Part shown: one piece after another, positions 37,501-52,600 of the stretch
Position numbering within the stretch: position 1 is the stretch's first letter
Layout of the letters: each line of letters starts with the position of its first letter
Source: Azolla caroliniana
Taxonomy: Eukaryota; Plantae; Polypodiophyta
Assembly: GCA_043228905.1 (NCBI GenBank)
Contig: JBHGNT010000009.1
Span: 3,162,001 to 3,226,000, forward strand
DNA length: 64,000 nucleotides
Reading direction: 5' to 3'
Position numbers and translations under genes: made by a program
Notes under the pieces: generated by a model
The model's input: only the letters and a program-made list of their open reading frames with translations
The model's database searches: none
Told to the model about the DNA's origin: nothing

Positions 37501-38679
37501 GGCACACATTGCGCAGAAACCCCGTACCTGACCTATAGAATATAAAAATAACGAATTTATTATGTATTGGGACTTGCATCAAGGCGGAAACTAGCTTAAT
37601 TGGCATTTGGTATGAATAGATCGCAAAGGGAAGTACGCTTGGGAATTTGTTTTCTTATGAAAGGACCTGGTTTCATCTTCATGCATGAACACTGTGGTGG
37701 ACCACAGAATGAATATGTCAGGGAATGGCCTTTGTGATGCCCCTACATGGTGGCTATGGACGGGATGCATTGATCATGCATAATCCCATCTCATAGATCC
37801 CCCATTAGCATCAGTCCTTTCCTCGGAAGCCCTCAAAGATCCCATCAGAGGCAGTGTCAATTATTGGATTTGGACATGATTTTCAATACAAAATAATGTA
37901 TCAAGTGAATGTGTTATTTATTTCCTAACTGAAAGGAACAACCTGATGGCGGACTCACATGAGCTTTTATGAAGATTTGCCTGGAGATAAGCTGCAAGCG
38001 GCGGTGTGTAAGTGAGGCATTGAATGACGGAATTGAGGAAGCAAGTATTGCCAAGATTCAAAAGCCCTGCCCCCTGATAGAGCAAAATTATTACACCACA
38101 AATCAGAACCCCAATACTAAGACCTCTCTGGGACGTATGCATTCAAAACCCTACTTCTGAGAGATGTCGGAGAAATTCAAACATAAAACACTAATTTTGA
38201 GACGTTTATTATCAACCCCCTCGTGCTGCAACTTTAACTGTCAAACCATATGTAGTTTGATATATTCCTTATTGACCCTAATTTAGAGATACTTCTAACG
38301 ACCTTGAATGACAACCCTACTTATCAGATATTTCTGATAATACTAAATCAAAATTTCAAACCCTAAATGTGATGTATTTCTTATAATCCTCTAATTCTCG
38401 AAGTTTCTGGGAAGACTGAATCGAAACCCTAATTATTGAACCTAAGAGGGGGATGTTTAAAGAGAATGAGAGATAAAGTGGAGGAAGATAACGATGGAGA
38501 GAATGCTGAGGACTCACGATTCTCTTCACGTGAGCGATCTCCAGAGCCTGATGATGATGGTGATGATGAAGCTTCGCGCGATGGTCTCCATCGTTGGTTC
38601 CGCCTCTGCATTTGAGAGAGATGGAGGAAACATGTCGTCCTTCTTCTTCTTCTTCTGTTACTATTCTGACGCCCACCAT
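34570..38679 (-). CDS. UBP23: Ubiquitin-specific protease, UBP23/USP36-like, multi-exon
   Basis: Approximate exons: 38679-38518, 38073-37959 (Cys box [14 protein letters not shown]), 37532-37419, 37186-37027 (RQEDAHEY), ~36547-36281, ~36155-36018 (His box HSGHYY...DDSR), 35924-~35165 (AYMLFY), ~35079-34974 and ~34863-34570 (DEW...DKGKMKKVR...NPFQ, a C-terminal motif of this family). Confidence 0.9.
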
Positions 38680-38796
38680 GGCCGCAGCAAAGAAGCTGTG
38701 GAAGGGAAGGGAATGAGCAGCAACAGGGGAGAGGAAGGTTTTATGTAAGCCCTAAAATAAAGTCTTTGAGAGAACTCAGGAATCAGAAAACAGAAT

Positions 38797-38960
38797 TCTT
38801 CCCAAATGCCCTCCACTTTCCCCTATTTCCCCAAATGCCCTCCGTTTTTCGTTATTGCCCCAAATGCCCTCCATATATTTCCCTATTTCGTCAAATGCCC
38901 TTGCCCAACACCCCTCCATTAATCCCATCGAAATGTAACTGGAGCACACGCATGTCATCC
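38797..38960. mobile_element. Probable Mutator-like TIR relic
   Basis: Four CAAATGCCC units with interleaved TTCCCCTATTT, a pattern typical of MULE terminal repeats. No partner TIR identified. Confidence 0.35.
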
Positions 38961-39574
38961 CATCCTTTCTCTCTCTCTTCCATTGTTGGCTTTTGTGGCA
39001 ATTGCTATTGCTATATCAAATGAATGGGACATGCACATAATTGATCATAAATGTCAATCAAAAGGTCACAAATGGTGATATTTTAGTATGTGTTGATTGT
39101 TGTTGGATAAGATACCCATGGACTCATCATAGTATGCTTTTGCACAAATGGCACGCATTATCACTATCATGTGTTTATTTTGTACACTATCTCCTGATGG
39201 ATTAGAGCACAATGCGTGTTTAGCATAATGCATATGGACTTGTTATTCAAAAATGTGGACTAGTTTGACAAAAGTTGTTACACTTTCTCCCTTTCTGAGG
39301 CATCATTGCTCTTCTGCTTAGGCTAGTCCCATTACTAGCATCATAACATTTCCACTTTGTTATTTCTTAAAGCATCGTTGTTCTTCTGCTCAGGGTAGTC
39401 CCATTACTGGCATCATAGCATTTCCACTTTCGTCTCCTATAGGAGCTCGTGGTGCAATCGCAGAGGCACATGTCGGTAGGGCATGGTTTTGTGAAGGTGG
39501 CGCGTTTGGTACCAGGTGAGAGATAGAGAGGGATTTTGATAAGACAAATTTTCTCGTGTCACTAGTTCCAGAAT

Positions 39575-39614
<40 letters not shown>

Positions 39615-39985
39615 AAAACAAGCGACATCATGACCAATACCGGTAAAATGGGTAAGACATACAGATTGGCATTGCACAAGTGTGAGACGTGCAACACTTC
39701 TATTAGGAATGTTGACCGATTAAGAAATAGTTAATGAGCTTCAAAGATCTTAATCAAGCAATTAATTAACCAGGTTATCTTAATTAGTCAGTTAACTAAT
39801 AATTAAGGCGAAAGAGACGGATTGAGAGAGAGACGGATAGAGAGAGAATGTGGTCTGTCTCAGAAAAGCTCTCCTCACGAGAGATTCGCCTTTTTCTTCT
39901 TCCCCTTCTTCGAGAAAGAAGAGCCAAGAGAAAGACGAGATGACATGCTCCTGAACCTGAACCTCTCTGCACTGACGAAGCAGCC

Positions 39986-42900
39986 ATGGCTTCTCCTCCC
40001 CCTCACTCCATTCGAACCAACCTGCTTCCTGCTTCATCTCTTCTGTGCAAAGTTAGAGTTCCGCACCGTCTCTTTGCTGCGTGCCACGCCACGCTCCTTG
40101 GCTTGTCTCTCTGGGGAGCATTCTTAGCCCAGGTTTATGATTCAGATCTTTTCTGGTCTTCCTCCATTGTGGCCGGGACATGCTTGATTCGCATTCTGTG
40201 GATGATAAGTAGTGCCTTCTCACAAGCTGCAGTTGCTTCTACAATTCTTGCTCATGGTTTCGGTATTGGTTCTTCTTTCGATACACAGACTATGTCCGTT
40301 GCTGACAAACAATGCCGAAGACAACGCCGAGTGAGTCATCATTCTTCTCCCATTCATTTCATTTTCCTATCAGAATAAATGGAACTTTTCATCTTTTTAT
40401 ACAGATGATGATGCTTCTTTGAAACCTTCTGTATTAATTGAAAACTCTTATCCACAAGATTGAGCTCGTCCTTTTGATTCTAAGATCATCATTTCTCAAT
40501 TGTAAATCATCTTCTTTTGCTCTATGCATTTGAGAAAACCATAAATCAAAACATGAAATTTGTTCTTCAAAGGTCATTGTTTTTCTATGGAAAACTGTAA
40601 TTGATCCAAACATGGCAATCTCTAAATACAGATGATATATTATGCTTGGAAGGATCTAACTTCGTCTAATGCAAAATATAGATTTAAACTTAATGTGAAA
40701 CACTTGAGGCCATACAAGAGACTTTTGTGTTCAATCCAAGGTGATGCTTTATGAAAGCATTATAGTTCATAATGCTAAGCTATCCGTGAATGTACCTTTT
40801 TATATAACCATGGTTGCATTCTTGCTCTCTATATGTTAGAAACCCTTGTAGACATAATAAGATTTATTCTATAAGGTCAGATTTTAGATAGTTATGACTG
40901 CTTTACAACCTTTTTGTAGAAATAGTTTTTTTGTCAAAACTGACCTCTTGCAAGGTGTGCAACAGAATGGACTAAAAACATAACCTTTGAGGTCATTGTT
41001 TCAATGGATGTGGATACTAACCCCAATAGGTGCTTTACAACCATTCTGTATATGGTGCTTTTTAATCCAATTTTGAACTATTGGATGCAAGGAAATGTAA
41101 TAGAAAAGATAAAACTTATTCTTTATGGCTGGTGTTTAGATGAAACTTGATGATAACTGTAATAGGGGATATGCTAGAAGAGAAATTTACTTGCTAATGC
41201 ATTTCGGTTCTATTTAAGGGAAGAAAACAACATTCAAGAGATTCGGAAAAGATGTGTAGGTAGCCTGTGGACATGTCACAGTAGATGGTACAGCTGATAT
41301 AACATCAGTAGTGCTGAGCGTTTCCGAATCAGTTTTCTTTACACAGTTCTTGACCTTTTTAAGGGATTCCAATTCACACGTATGCTGTTAACCCAAGTGT
41401 ATAAGTCATAGTAGATGGAGGAGCTGTATTCACAATCAATAGTGACGAATTTTTCTAATGATTGGTTTTGAAGTACAATGCTCTTTACATTGTGTAGGCT
41501 TATATTTGCTTCTATTTTGTGAAATCCAATTGGATATGTAGTTACAAAGGGAGGAGCTACAGTTACCATGTATAGTTAATATTGATTATTTCCTGTGATG
41601 GAGTTATTTCAATGATATGATGGCTTATATTTACCTGTGCATTGAAACATTTCGTCCTTTTATTCTTCAGATATCATATGTACGCTGGCTTTGGTGTGGA
41701 AGATTTGGTTTGCTCGTGACTCTGCTACAGCTGGTTGCGGCAGCATATTTGACATTTTCCTTTGTGAATATGACTTCCAAAACCAAAAAGAGATGCAATT
41801 CAGGTTTGCATGCTTTCTGTTCCTACTGTAGAAGGATTTGATCTTGTTGCATCCAAATACTGTGCTCAGAAACGGGGTTTTGATTGGGATAGCAGATGAT
41901 AAGTGCCCTGGAAAATGGCACCATGAAGTCTTTCTCACTTTAACTCTTGGGTCATGGATTTTAACTCTGACACAATGCTGCATGGGGTCGGACATTTTGG
42001 CATGGCGTAGTTTGTATGCAAGACATCATGAAGCATGGAGAGCCTATTACCATGAGATGTTCGACTATGGAATACGTGAAGCCCTTTGCTGCCTTGGAAG
42101 AGTTCGGTATATGTAAGTGAATGGGCTCATTCTAATGTCTGTTTTTAGAGAACTTTCACAGGAGATTTACAGAAGAATTGATTGAACTCTTTGCAGAAAA
42201 CGAGATGATGATGAAGTAGATTCTGTAGCGGCAGTTTTAGGTGACCTCGTATCATACCGAGCTGCCGGTGCAAGCCACTTGGAATTTCTTGCAGGTTAGC
42301 TTATGCTCCATTATATGCATACAGACTATTTATTAGCGATAACCAATATAGTATTATAGCGTGCTTGAAGGCCTAACTAGTAATATGTTACAGATTTTAT
42401 TAGACCTAATTGATGCACAAACTTACATGCACAATTTGTTTCTGTATAGTTGTACATTGTCTTTTGCATATGCACTCATGATATCTTGATTCTATTTAGA
42501 CCTCTTTTTTATGTATGGACAGGGCTTGCACTTTTACAATTGCAGCCTTCTCAACAACCCACTGCAGAACAATTTCCAACTGCCCCTGTGTCACTCATTG
42601 AAGAAGCAACTATTCTGCATCCGTTTGCAGTTGCTGCTTACACGGTATGTTGAGAAAGGGAAGCCTTTGTTTCTAACAAAAAGTAAGCAACATTCTATGT
42701 GCAGTCATGCCACATCGATGAAAAGTTTTGTTTACTTATACATGTTCAGGGGCTGTTGCTAGACATTGGAAGGAATCCTTTGCTATTCCCGTGTGCTTGG
42801 ATTCGTCGACAAGGGGTGCTTACTCCTTGGAAGAGGAACAGGTTACTAAAAATGTACTATGACTTGATTGAAATAATACTCTATATGGAATTGACTGATT

Positions 42901-45900
42901 CTACCAATTCTAGGTTGCCAAACCTAGAGGGGGACAACTGGTGGAAAGGTCATGCTGCAGCATTTTTGAGATATTCTAAGCTGCCTCCAGAAGCCCTTCG
43001 TAAAGGGCGAGTGTGTCAGGTGCAATGCTTGATAACCGAACTATGTATTTACATACGTGAAAATGCACAATTCCTTGTTGTTAGTAAGCGTAAGCTGATT
43101 GATGTATTATCTATTACACATGTATGGAAATATGCATTGAAAGTTTGGTATGTATAATCACATTTCCTTTCTAGTGCAAAGATAATCATTACAACCATCA
43201 ATGAAATAAGTATGCATCGAGATTCACATCTATGTGTTTTTGCTATTTCTAGAACTTATATATTGAGGTCTGATGGGGGCTTGGTAAAAAGTAGCTTAGA
43301 ACATGAAAATCCAAACGGGGACCTTCTAGGCACAAGAATTACTGTGTGTTCTACCATGATGTGGAAATCAAGGCATTCTGTATCTTAACTTCATTTCATT
43401 TTTCCTTGAATGTTTCATTTGCTAGCTAAGATTTAGTATGATTTACAAAGAAAATCTTTAGCCAAGCTTTGAGTTATCAATTCCATGTGCCGTGAAGATC
43501 TTTCAGATAATATTGTTTTGCTAATGATTTATTTGTGTACAATGGGTATTGAAAAATGAATACAAATGGATAGCTTATATATGAATAATGTAATTCAAGT
43601 TTGAACTTATGATTTTAGGAAAAACGGGAATGTGCTTATTTTGTGGCAGTTGAGCATCATCTACGGTGTGTTATAGTAGCTGTTCGTGGTACAGAGTCCC
43701 CTGAAGACCTTTTGACAGACGGTCTTGGAAAAGAATCAATGCTTAATCAAATAGATCTTGGGTTTCTAACGTATGTGTCTCATTAATGCCAGTATCATTT
43801 ATATAGATATTTAATGATGCTATATAAATGTTTATTTTTATTCTGCTTACTAGTTGAAAACGTTTTGCAACTTTATAAATTTGCAAATTGTAAGTTGATT
43901 TCTTTTTACAGAAGTGAATCATTTCCAGGAAACCTACACTTTCAATCTGCAACGTCACATTTTGCACATGAAGGTATCATTGATGCAGCGAGGGAGCTGG
44001 CCTTACAGCTTGACAATTTCTCTGAGTTTGATACAACTTCAAGTAGTGTGAGTATAGAAGGTATGAACCATGCGCTTGCTATTGGACATGCCAAAAATTT
44101 GAGGAAAGTTTTAATCAAGAGAATGTGTTGATGTAAACAAGCATAACTGGTTATCTCTTAGAGCTGTCATGAAACAACACCTCCTTCAATTCTGACTCGG
44201 AATTATTCAACATAAGAGTATTCTGTAATATATCATTACTCATATGGAATCAATGTGCTATTACACTCACTTTAATTGTGCTCTTCATGGCTAAATAGTT
44301 TTTTAAAGAGAAAAATGGTGTCATTATAAACCAACAAAATGGAAAACTCAAATAAATACAAAAAGCATGACTTGCCTCTCATTGGGCTAAGATTGAATTT
44401 AATTTACATATACATACACACTGATTACTGAGATGTGCTCAAGGTCATTGGATTACATGCCTCTTTTCAAAATCCATCATTAAAATGTGGATCAATGTGT
44501 TATTGATTAAAGGATTTTGTATGGAACATTCAGCACCAATTTCTTACTTCACATTTTCTGTTCAACTTGAAGATATGCATACTCAAAATGAATTGGGAAT
44601 TCTTACTTCTCTTCTTGGACCTGGTGGAGAATGTGAGGGATATGCATTGCGATTTGTTGGTCATTCACTAGGGGGTTCAATAGCAACTCTCACAGCATTA
44701 AGAGTAATATATGAACTTAAGCCTAAATAGTCTGGACCTTAGCATAAAAAACTAATTAATCAGTCCATTTCAATTGCAGCTTCATGCACGGTACCCACAG
44801 TTGCATGTATATGGGTATGGTGTTTTACCGTGTTTGGATGCTTGGACTGCGGATGCATGCACAAGTTTTGTAACAAGGTGTGTATCCTTAACTATAGTTC
44901 ACATACATTTAGTACATAGTATGTGGGTGCTCAGTTTTGTGACAAGATGTGTACATCCATCTCCTTTTTGGGGGTGGCCTGAAGTGCATTACCTGTTCCC
45001 ATGATAATTTCTTCTAGATTGGGTCAGTATAGCTGTCTGTTTGGGCAGAGATTTTTGTCATTATGTTTCTGATTTATATTACTGTTTTATTTCATGGTAG
45101 TATTGTATACAATGATGAATTCTCTTCAAGGCTGTCAGTATCATCTATTAAACGTCTTCGAATGGCTGCTGTGAAAGCTTTAGCTATGAAGACGTCAGAT
45201 GTTGGGATGATGACAAAACTTGCACAACAGTTGTTGGACACGGGTCAAGAGAATGGCTCTTCGACTATCAGTGGTTTAGAAAACGTTGAATTTACCAAAG
45301 AGGTGGCAGTGTCCAAAAGATCCAATAAATGCAGAACCAGACGATTTAAGTTCAAATTGAAAGGTGGCATTTATCTATGCTCTCATGCTTGCCGTTGCGT
45401 AATATATATGTCAAATTATAGCTCTACAAAGTCACCAACTTTACAGAATAATGGTGCCAGGCAATATACGTTGTGTGCTCATGGAGCTACTAATCAGTTG
45501 AGCATAGGAGGTCCTTTAGAAGTTTTACCATGTTTGGAAGGATGTATATTTGCTGGATATGATGGGAATGTTAGTGGTATGCATGAGGAGGTTGCTGATA
45601 TAGAGAAAATTTATTTGGATGCAGGCAGAGAAAACAGTGATCTACCACCTGATGAGTTAGAAGAATTGGTTGTGACAGGTGGCGGAGATGAGCACAATCA
45701 TGCCTTCAAACCAATAGGTCCTGAAGAGAATGGTGAATCACATGTAATGAATTCTTGCAATGGTTCTGACAGTAGAGAGGATGTTGGGTCTATGATTTTT
45801 CAAGAAAATCAAGAAGAACACGAGTTGTTTTTGCCAGGATTGATCGTACACATAATTCCTGTTAAAAATACCACCACATGGCAGTGGGGATGGGATAAGA

Positions 45901-46248
45901 AAGTGCAGCGGATGTGTGAGCATCAGGCATTGGTGAAGGATAGAAGAAGCTTTCGGGAGATTCTGGTTTCTCCATCAATGTTTCTAGACCACATGCCATG
46001 GAGGTATCCATCTCTTCTGTCTAATGAAATGATAAAATTAGTAAATGTATTAGTAAAACCGTATGTATCCATTATTTCTGTATATAATTGAGCAAATCAT
46101 AGAAGGAATGCTCAAATATGACATATTCCTTTGTTGTGGTTACAGATGTCAGCAAGCACTTGATCGTGTGCTTGAACAGTTGCAATCTGAGAGGCATGAT
46201 ACCAGTGGAACACAGACAATCAATGATTGTGTTGATACAATGGTGTAG
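39986..46248 (+). CDS. Class-3 lipase / sn1-diacylglycerol-lipase-like alpha/beta hydrolase, multi-exon
   Basis: N-terminal transmembrane exons (39986-40330, ~41671-41802), then LGDLVSYRA, EGDNWWKGHAAAF, VAVRGTESPEDLLTD, AHEGI, nucleophile GHSLGG (~44659-44676), YNDEFSSRLS, LFLPGLIVHI and MFLDHMPWR. Last exon ~46146-46248. Confidence 0.9.
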
Positions 46249-49200
46249 CATAATATGATCAATGATGATGACGGTAGCTACTATTGAGACAATCATTTCT
46301 CGGCTGAAGAAAAAGATATTCATGGTATGCGAATTATGATCTTCGCTGAAAGTGGAAGACTGAAGCTAAACGTTATCCTGTCTATCTGTAGATTCACATA
46401 AACACTGCAATCTGAAATCAATTTATATTACTGCACACTTTGTGCTACAGTATATACTGAAATTTCTTATCAACTCTGAAGATGGGGAATTGGATGTTGC
46501 TGTATTGCTGCCGTCAGCCCCACATTTTTTTATTTGTCATCAATTGGATTAATTCCTACCACAGCCTTTGTTGCCACTCAATTTCAAGATCCTCTCCAAT
46601 TGTTTTGGCTTAAGATCAACTTTATCTGACTTGTTGAGTCTCAATGAATTGTGGCATTGATATATATTAATTCCATATCTCTAATTGCTTCAGAACTTAG
46701 AAGTTCTATCAACCTCTATCTAGTGGGGAAATTGAAACAAAGAATTGTCATGAATAGTTAGTCTAATATAGTCTTACTAATAACAGAAGAACATGCTACA
46801 TTGTGTGGCCAACATCATTAGTGTTTGTACGTGTTTTATGCCGAAGTGTATGTTATGGTCGAGGAGCCTCTTAGGGCATGTGAAATTAATCAATTCATAC
46901 AATATGATGGAGGGAATGAATATTACAAAGTGTTAGACTTTAGTGCACAATTCCAACATAAAGGAATGATACATGGGATTTGGTTAGCTCATAAACTCTC
47001 GAGTTGATTAAGTTGCAAGTTACATGTTGGTTGTGAAGAACCTATCATTAAGTGATTTTGGGGCACTAATAAGGAAACTAGTAGAGCCTGAGGGGAAGAA
47101 CCAATGTCCACAAATGTGAATAGGAACATAATTGTCAATAATAAAATGTAAACGAAGTACAAATATGAAAATGAAAGCTTTATACTTTTGTTTTCTTCAT
47201 TTTTTGCATTCTAACCTTAAGCTAGACCTCTCCTCCTAACCTTTTATGTTTTTTGGTCTCAATCGTTCCTTAACTTTGTCATGTATGAGCTTAAGACTTA
47301 AGCACTTATCTCAAGTACAATGAGTTGAGAATAAAGAGATTTTGTTGGTTAACCTTTTTGTATGATTGCTTGTGCTTTCCTTGACTTGAAGTTTGAGGGA
47401 AGTTTTGATTAAGTTGTCTTTTAAGTTAATCTTTTCATTGTCTTTTGTTCTATAAGAGATGTGAGGGTAATGAGTGTTTGTGATTAGAGAGTTTGCTTAG
47501 GTAGCCTTAAAAGGTTGCGCTTCCACTCAATCCCTTGCAACAATTTAATGTGACGGTGATTGTTATGTTATTATATTGACCTAATGTGAAACCTATTATA
47601 TAGTAGGTTGCTAACCCATCTACAACATTAGCATGAACTTCTCTCTAGGCACCACATTATGTTCAATTCTTAAATTTCTTCCTTTAGATGAAACTCCGTA
47701 TGTTTAAAATTACTTTCTATTGATTAAATACGTGATGGAGCTACAATGTTTGCTTGCATTATTAGATTTTGATCTTTTCATTCCTGTGTTGTGTTTGGAC
47801 CATGTATTTTATAAAATGGATACACTTTTCTTCAAAAACTATGTTTAAAAAGATACTAAGATCATATATTATGAAAAACGGAATTTCTAGTTTCCCATAG
47901 CTACACTCTACACCTAAAATGCGGATTGGTGGATAAGAGGTCTTTCTTCTTCAATAACATTTTCAAGGTTCTCACAATGTGCTATGATAGTTTTCAAATG
48001 TCGTTAATTAGCTAACTATGCTTATCCTAACAAGTTGGTGCTGGCATACTTTTTTAGAGAACTTAGCACATCAGACATCTACGATATTGAAGGAACTGAA
48101 TTACCATCAATGTTAGGGACATCCATACTTAGTCCACAGAACCATGTATTAATAAGGTTTGATGAATGTTACTATTATCCATGGGATCAAATATTGTAGA
48201 TTTAGACCCAAAAAGTGTTAACCATATACCCTGCGCCCTACTCCCTAATAATTGTTGGCCTTCTTCATTGGAAGGGTTGGATCCACAATTGTTATTGGGC
48301 AGGTGAAGTTAGAACGTGGCATAAGAGGACCGAGAATAGAGAGTAAGTAGAAGAGTGTGCTACCCTCGATTGCCCACAACTTGATGCCACACCATTTTCC
48401 GATACAAATATTGAATCAGAATAGAATCGAGCCACATATTAGTACTACTACTAGTAGTAGAACAAGGCTTCCGCTAAGTCTGGCGAAACCTGTCGACACA
48501 CAATTTTTAGCCGGGATCGGGCGTGTGCGTGTTGGTATCCGGGTATCTCTTTATTTTCAGAGAAACACCAAAATGTCAGTATGTTCTGAAATGAGTGCAT
48601 ATAAGTTAACCATTCATTCCAGGGGTTCCATATTCAGTTCTACTCATTACGCACCCCTAACCCCAACCATCCATTGATCCCGTTCATGGACCCTTATCAG
48701 GGATCTTCGAGATCCTTTCTCTGAAGCTGAAAGTCTGGAAATGACCAGGTATGTGACTAGTTACATATAAACACTCTCTATTCCAATGGCTGTCAGACCA
48801 AGTATATGATTCCATGCATTATTTGATGGTGTCATATCTATTGTTACTTGTTATTTGTTCAATCATGGATAAGTATCCAAAGATATGATAGCATGCATGA
48901 TTTTGATGGCGTTTGAAGCAGTAGTATTTGTTGGAACTTAAAACACACAGCCATTTGAAGCATGAAAATCCCCTGTGGCAACATGTGTGATTATAGGGAA
49001 TCTCTCTCTCTCTCTCTGGTATGCATGCATGTAAATACGGGAGAAAGATCTTTCGTCTGGGGAAGTGTTGTTTAGAGTGGAATTTCAAGGAAGAGTAATG
49101 TACTATGCTACTTCGTCTCTTATAAATATTTCATGGAGTTAGCACTGGTATTCGGTTGCTGAGTAGCTCTTTGAGCATGGTGCGGGCATTATAATCCACA

Positions 49201-49681
49201 CTTAATCCATCTCAACCAATTGATTGGTATTTTAAGATTGCTACATGAATTGAAAACCATTAGATGCGTTTTGGCTATACATTCTCTGATATTTTGGTTG
49301 CAACAAATACTTGCATCTTCGCTTTTCAAAAACAATCCCAACTCAAAAAAGAAGAGGCGGTATTACACTTAAAGTGCATAAAAGAAATAAGAATATGCAT
49401 TTTCAATTAAATCCTATGATTTGTCGAGGTTACATTTACATTTGGAATGTTCTCAACAGCAGCAACTGGCCGTCTATGTTTCTACATATGTTTCACTTGT
49501 TTATGTGGTCATAAAGATGGCAAATTTCTTTCCATGTTCTAAGCTTAAGATATGGTATTGAAAAAGGATCTTCAAGTCTATATATAAAGATGTCAGCATA
49601 TGCTAAGTTTCTAATTCTTCAGCTTTTCACTGTTAATGTTCTTATGTCATATCATAAATGGATAATGTAACTAGGATTACA

Positions 49682-52600
49682 TCATGTTGACATGTTGACT
49701 TTCTTTTTGGGCTTCAGAATCAGATCATCATCTGAGTCATGGCCAGATTTCCTTTTCACATTTAATAATGGTTTATTACTGCCATTGGAGATGGAATTAC
49801 TTCTTTGAGAAGGTGTCTTTGGAATGATCTTCTCGGTCTTTTGGATGATATATTTTGATGTTTTTGTAGGTAGACCTAATTTCTGTGCAAATTGACTCTT
49901 TTTCTTTCTTTCCATTGCTTTTTTCGCAGCTTCAAGTCCCAGAAGGCCATGCTCCATCATCCTTGTACCAGAAGAAATTAAATCCAAGGTGAAAACACAT
50001 GACAACAAAATGGTTTTAAATTCAGAAATGACCTAGTTTCCATGTCTCTGACAAACAACTGCAACATAATGAAATAGTTGAATAGTGGATCTAAAAAACA
50101 AAATTTAATAGTATCCAACATTAAGGTTTTATTCTAAAAACTTGCAAATGATTATTATTTCAAATGAAAGAATGGCCTTTAACAGTCATATTTATTTTCA
50201 GGGAAACATGACAGTTTCAGCATATTTGGTTGTACAATTGCTGAGTTAAGTGGCTGGAAGATGTTGTAAGTTTCTCTCTTATCTGTGTTTTGTGATGAGT
50301 CATGGGAGTTTGTCAAGTATTTCTTAGAAGTAAGGCAGTGGTTTAATATTTGAGAGTTTTATAGAAAATGCTATAGAAATGCATGACTCATAGGTAAATA
50401 ATGTTATTTCAGTAAGAAGATTCTGAAAGTTCTTTCTTTTCAAACACCAATACTACATCTTTTCAAACATTTCAGTGAATCTTCTTACTACATTTGTCTT
50501 AAGTCTCCATGATTTGGAAGATTGAACTATGGAAACATTTGCAACAGTTAGGAAAATAGCATAAGTAGCCGACTGTTCACTTCTATTCTAGAGTTAGATA
50601 CTCTTGGTAAAGCTTTGTCACATAAAGTTTTACCTCTCTAAATATGTAAATTGATCTTTAATCGTAATCACTATTATGATTTAATTTCTTATTGATTAAT
50701 TTATGGCTATGATATTTTATTAATATTTAACTTTGGGCAGTCTATCAAGAGGGACTTTATGGTTGGATGGGGAGTCAGTCATAGAATGTAATGGATACCA
50801 ACTCCAATTTCTAATAGAGAGGAATGTCTCTCTTAATTTGTCTATAAATTGGTCAACTGGGACATTAAATTTTTTATATATTTATGAAATTTTACAAAAA
50901 AGAAAATCTAGTTGTGCACAAATTTCTCATTTTTTTGCTAAATTTCCTCTGTTTGAGTTCTTGATTTTTGGGTGTACATATAAATTGTTATTTCTATATA
51001 TGTGAGTAAATAGCTCTCTATCTCACTACACTCATGCACTGGATGCTCATATATCCTGTTAATACAATTCAGTTTTGAAAGAGGGGTATCTTTGCAAGTA
51101 AAGAGGGGTATCTTTGCAAGTAAGCAATTAGCAGTACTTTGGAACCCTCTTGTTATTTCTATATATGTGAGTAAATAGCTCTCTATCTCACTACACTCAT
51201 GCACTGGATGCTCATATATCCTGTTAATACAATTCAGTTTAAATTGTGATTTGGGAGTTTCCGATTATTGAAGCAGTTAAGGGATAATGGGAGATCCTAT
51301 GGGATTCATTTTGGTTTGTTTCAAGCGAAATTATGTCCATTGTAAGTTGAATGTTATTACTACATGATTGAATGGTTTAATGATAATAATTTGAGTACTA
51401 AATAAAGTAACGTACCAGAACTGAGCCATTTCACTTTTTGGATTTTCCTCATACAGGCTTTGATAGAAGATTCTGAGAGGCTCCCTCTGATCAAGGAGAG
51501 GAAGCAAGCTTTTTAAGAAATTTGCTTGATTCCTTCAGATTTAGCAAAAGTACCTAGAAAGCACTATGTAGTATAGGTATAAAGATGTAATGAAAATTGA
51601 CCTCATCTGGTGGATCGTGTTTTTGCCCAGGTAACTCATAAACTTTTTTCTCTTTTTTCTCCGGGATGTGTTTTGAGGACTTATTTTTTGAGGTGGATGT
51701 TTGAGATGCTGATGGCCTTCCAGATGCTGATGTTATTGTAGTCTGTTATTCATTGTCAAAAGGATGTGTTGAAAGACATTATTAGCACTTATCAATTAAT
51801 CTAATCTCTCTCTCTCTCTCTCTCACTCGTTTTTGTAATCATAATTTTTCTCACAGGCCGATTTAGTCCTCTTGTAGTGTTCATCTCTATCTCTCTTTCT
51901 CTCTAACCTGAAGTTTTGTTCACCACAAAAAATAAATAGGGTAACATAAACAAAATATGATAATATGCTGAGAAATATTTGTAAAACTCATTATTTTTGC
52001 TTTGTCCAGGCTAATTAAGAAATGAATTTTTATTACTTGGAAGGATATATATTGCTAATTAGTCTCTAATTAAGAAGCTTAAGTCTTGATTAAATGCTAA
52101 ATCAATTGATGTTATTAAATAGACTAAGCTAATGGATTATCCTTGGTTATGATTATTATGTCGATTAAGTTAACATAAACTCAAAATGTCTGACATATGC
52201 TTTGTGTTGTTTTTTCAGAACTCCTTAACTATGTGCTTAGATTTACTTTTCATATGAGCAGGATCCTCAACTTTGATTGAGCATGTATAGACAGTTTTGC
52301 AAATAAGCAAACATATGAATGTAATTTCTCATGCAAAGAAGCATATTTTAGTAATTTTCCCTTTTATGTTTGCAGTATTTGTCAATCAAGTGTGATAATG
52401 AGTTACGTTTATCAGTTACACATGCTAATAGGAAAACTTATCTCATCCTGATTCCTCACAACCCTCACCTTCTTAGTGCTGGTAAGTAGGGATATGTACC
52501 ATGTAAACTTTTCCTAATAATGGATTGACGTTATGTATATGTCCGTTTTGTTACATATGATTTTGTACATCTGGAGCTCCAGACAGTCTCTGTTATTTAC

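Noticed and set aside
48500-48750. GC-richer island with CCCCTAACCCCAACC, considered as a possible telomerase RNA or other ncRNA
   Set aside because: It does not match the plant template (CTAAACCCT), and I see no USE/TATA Pol III promoter or convincing structure.
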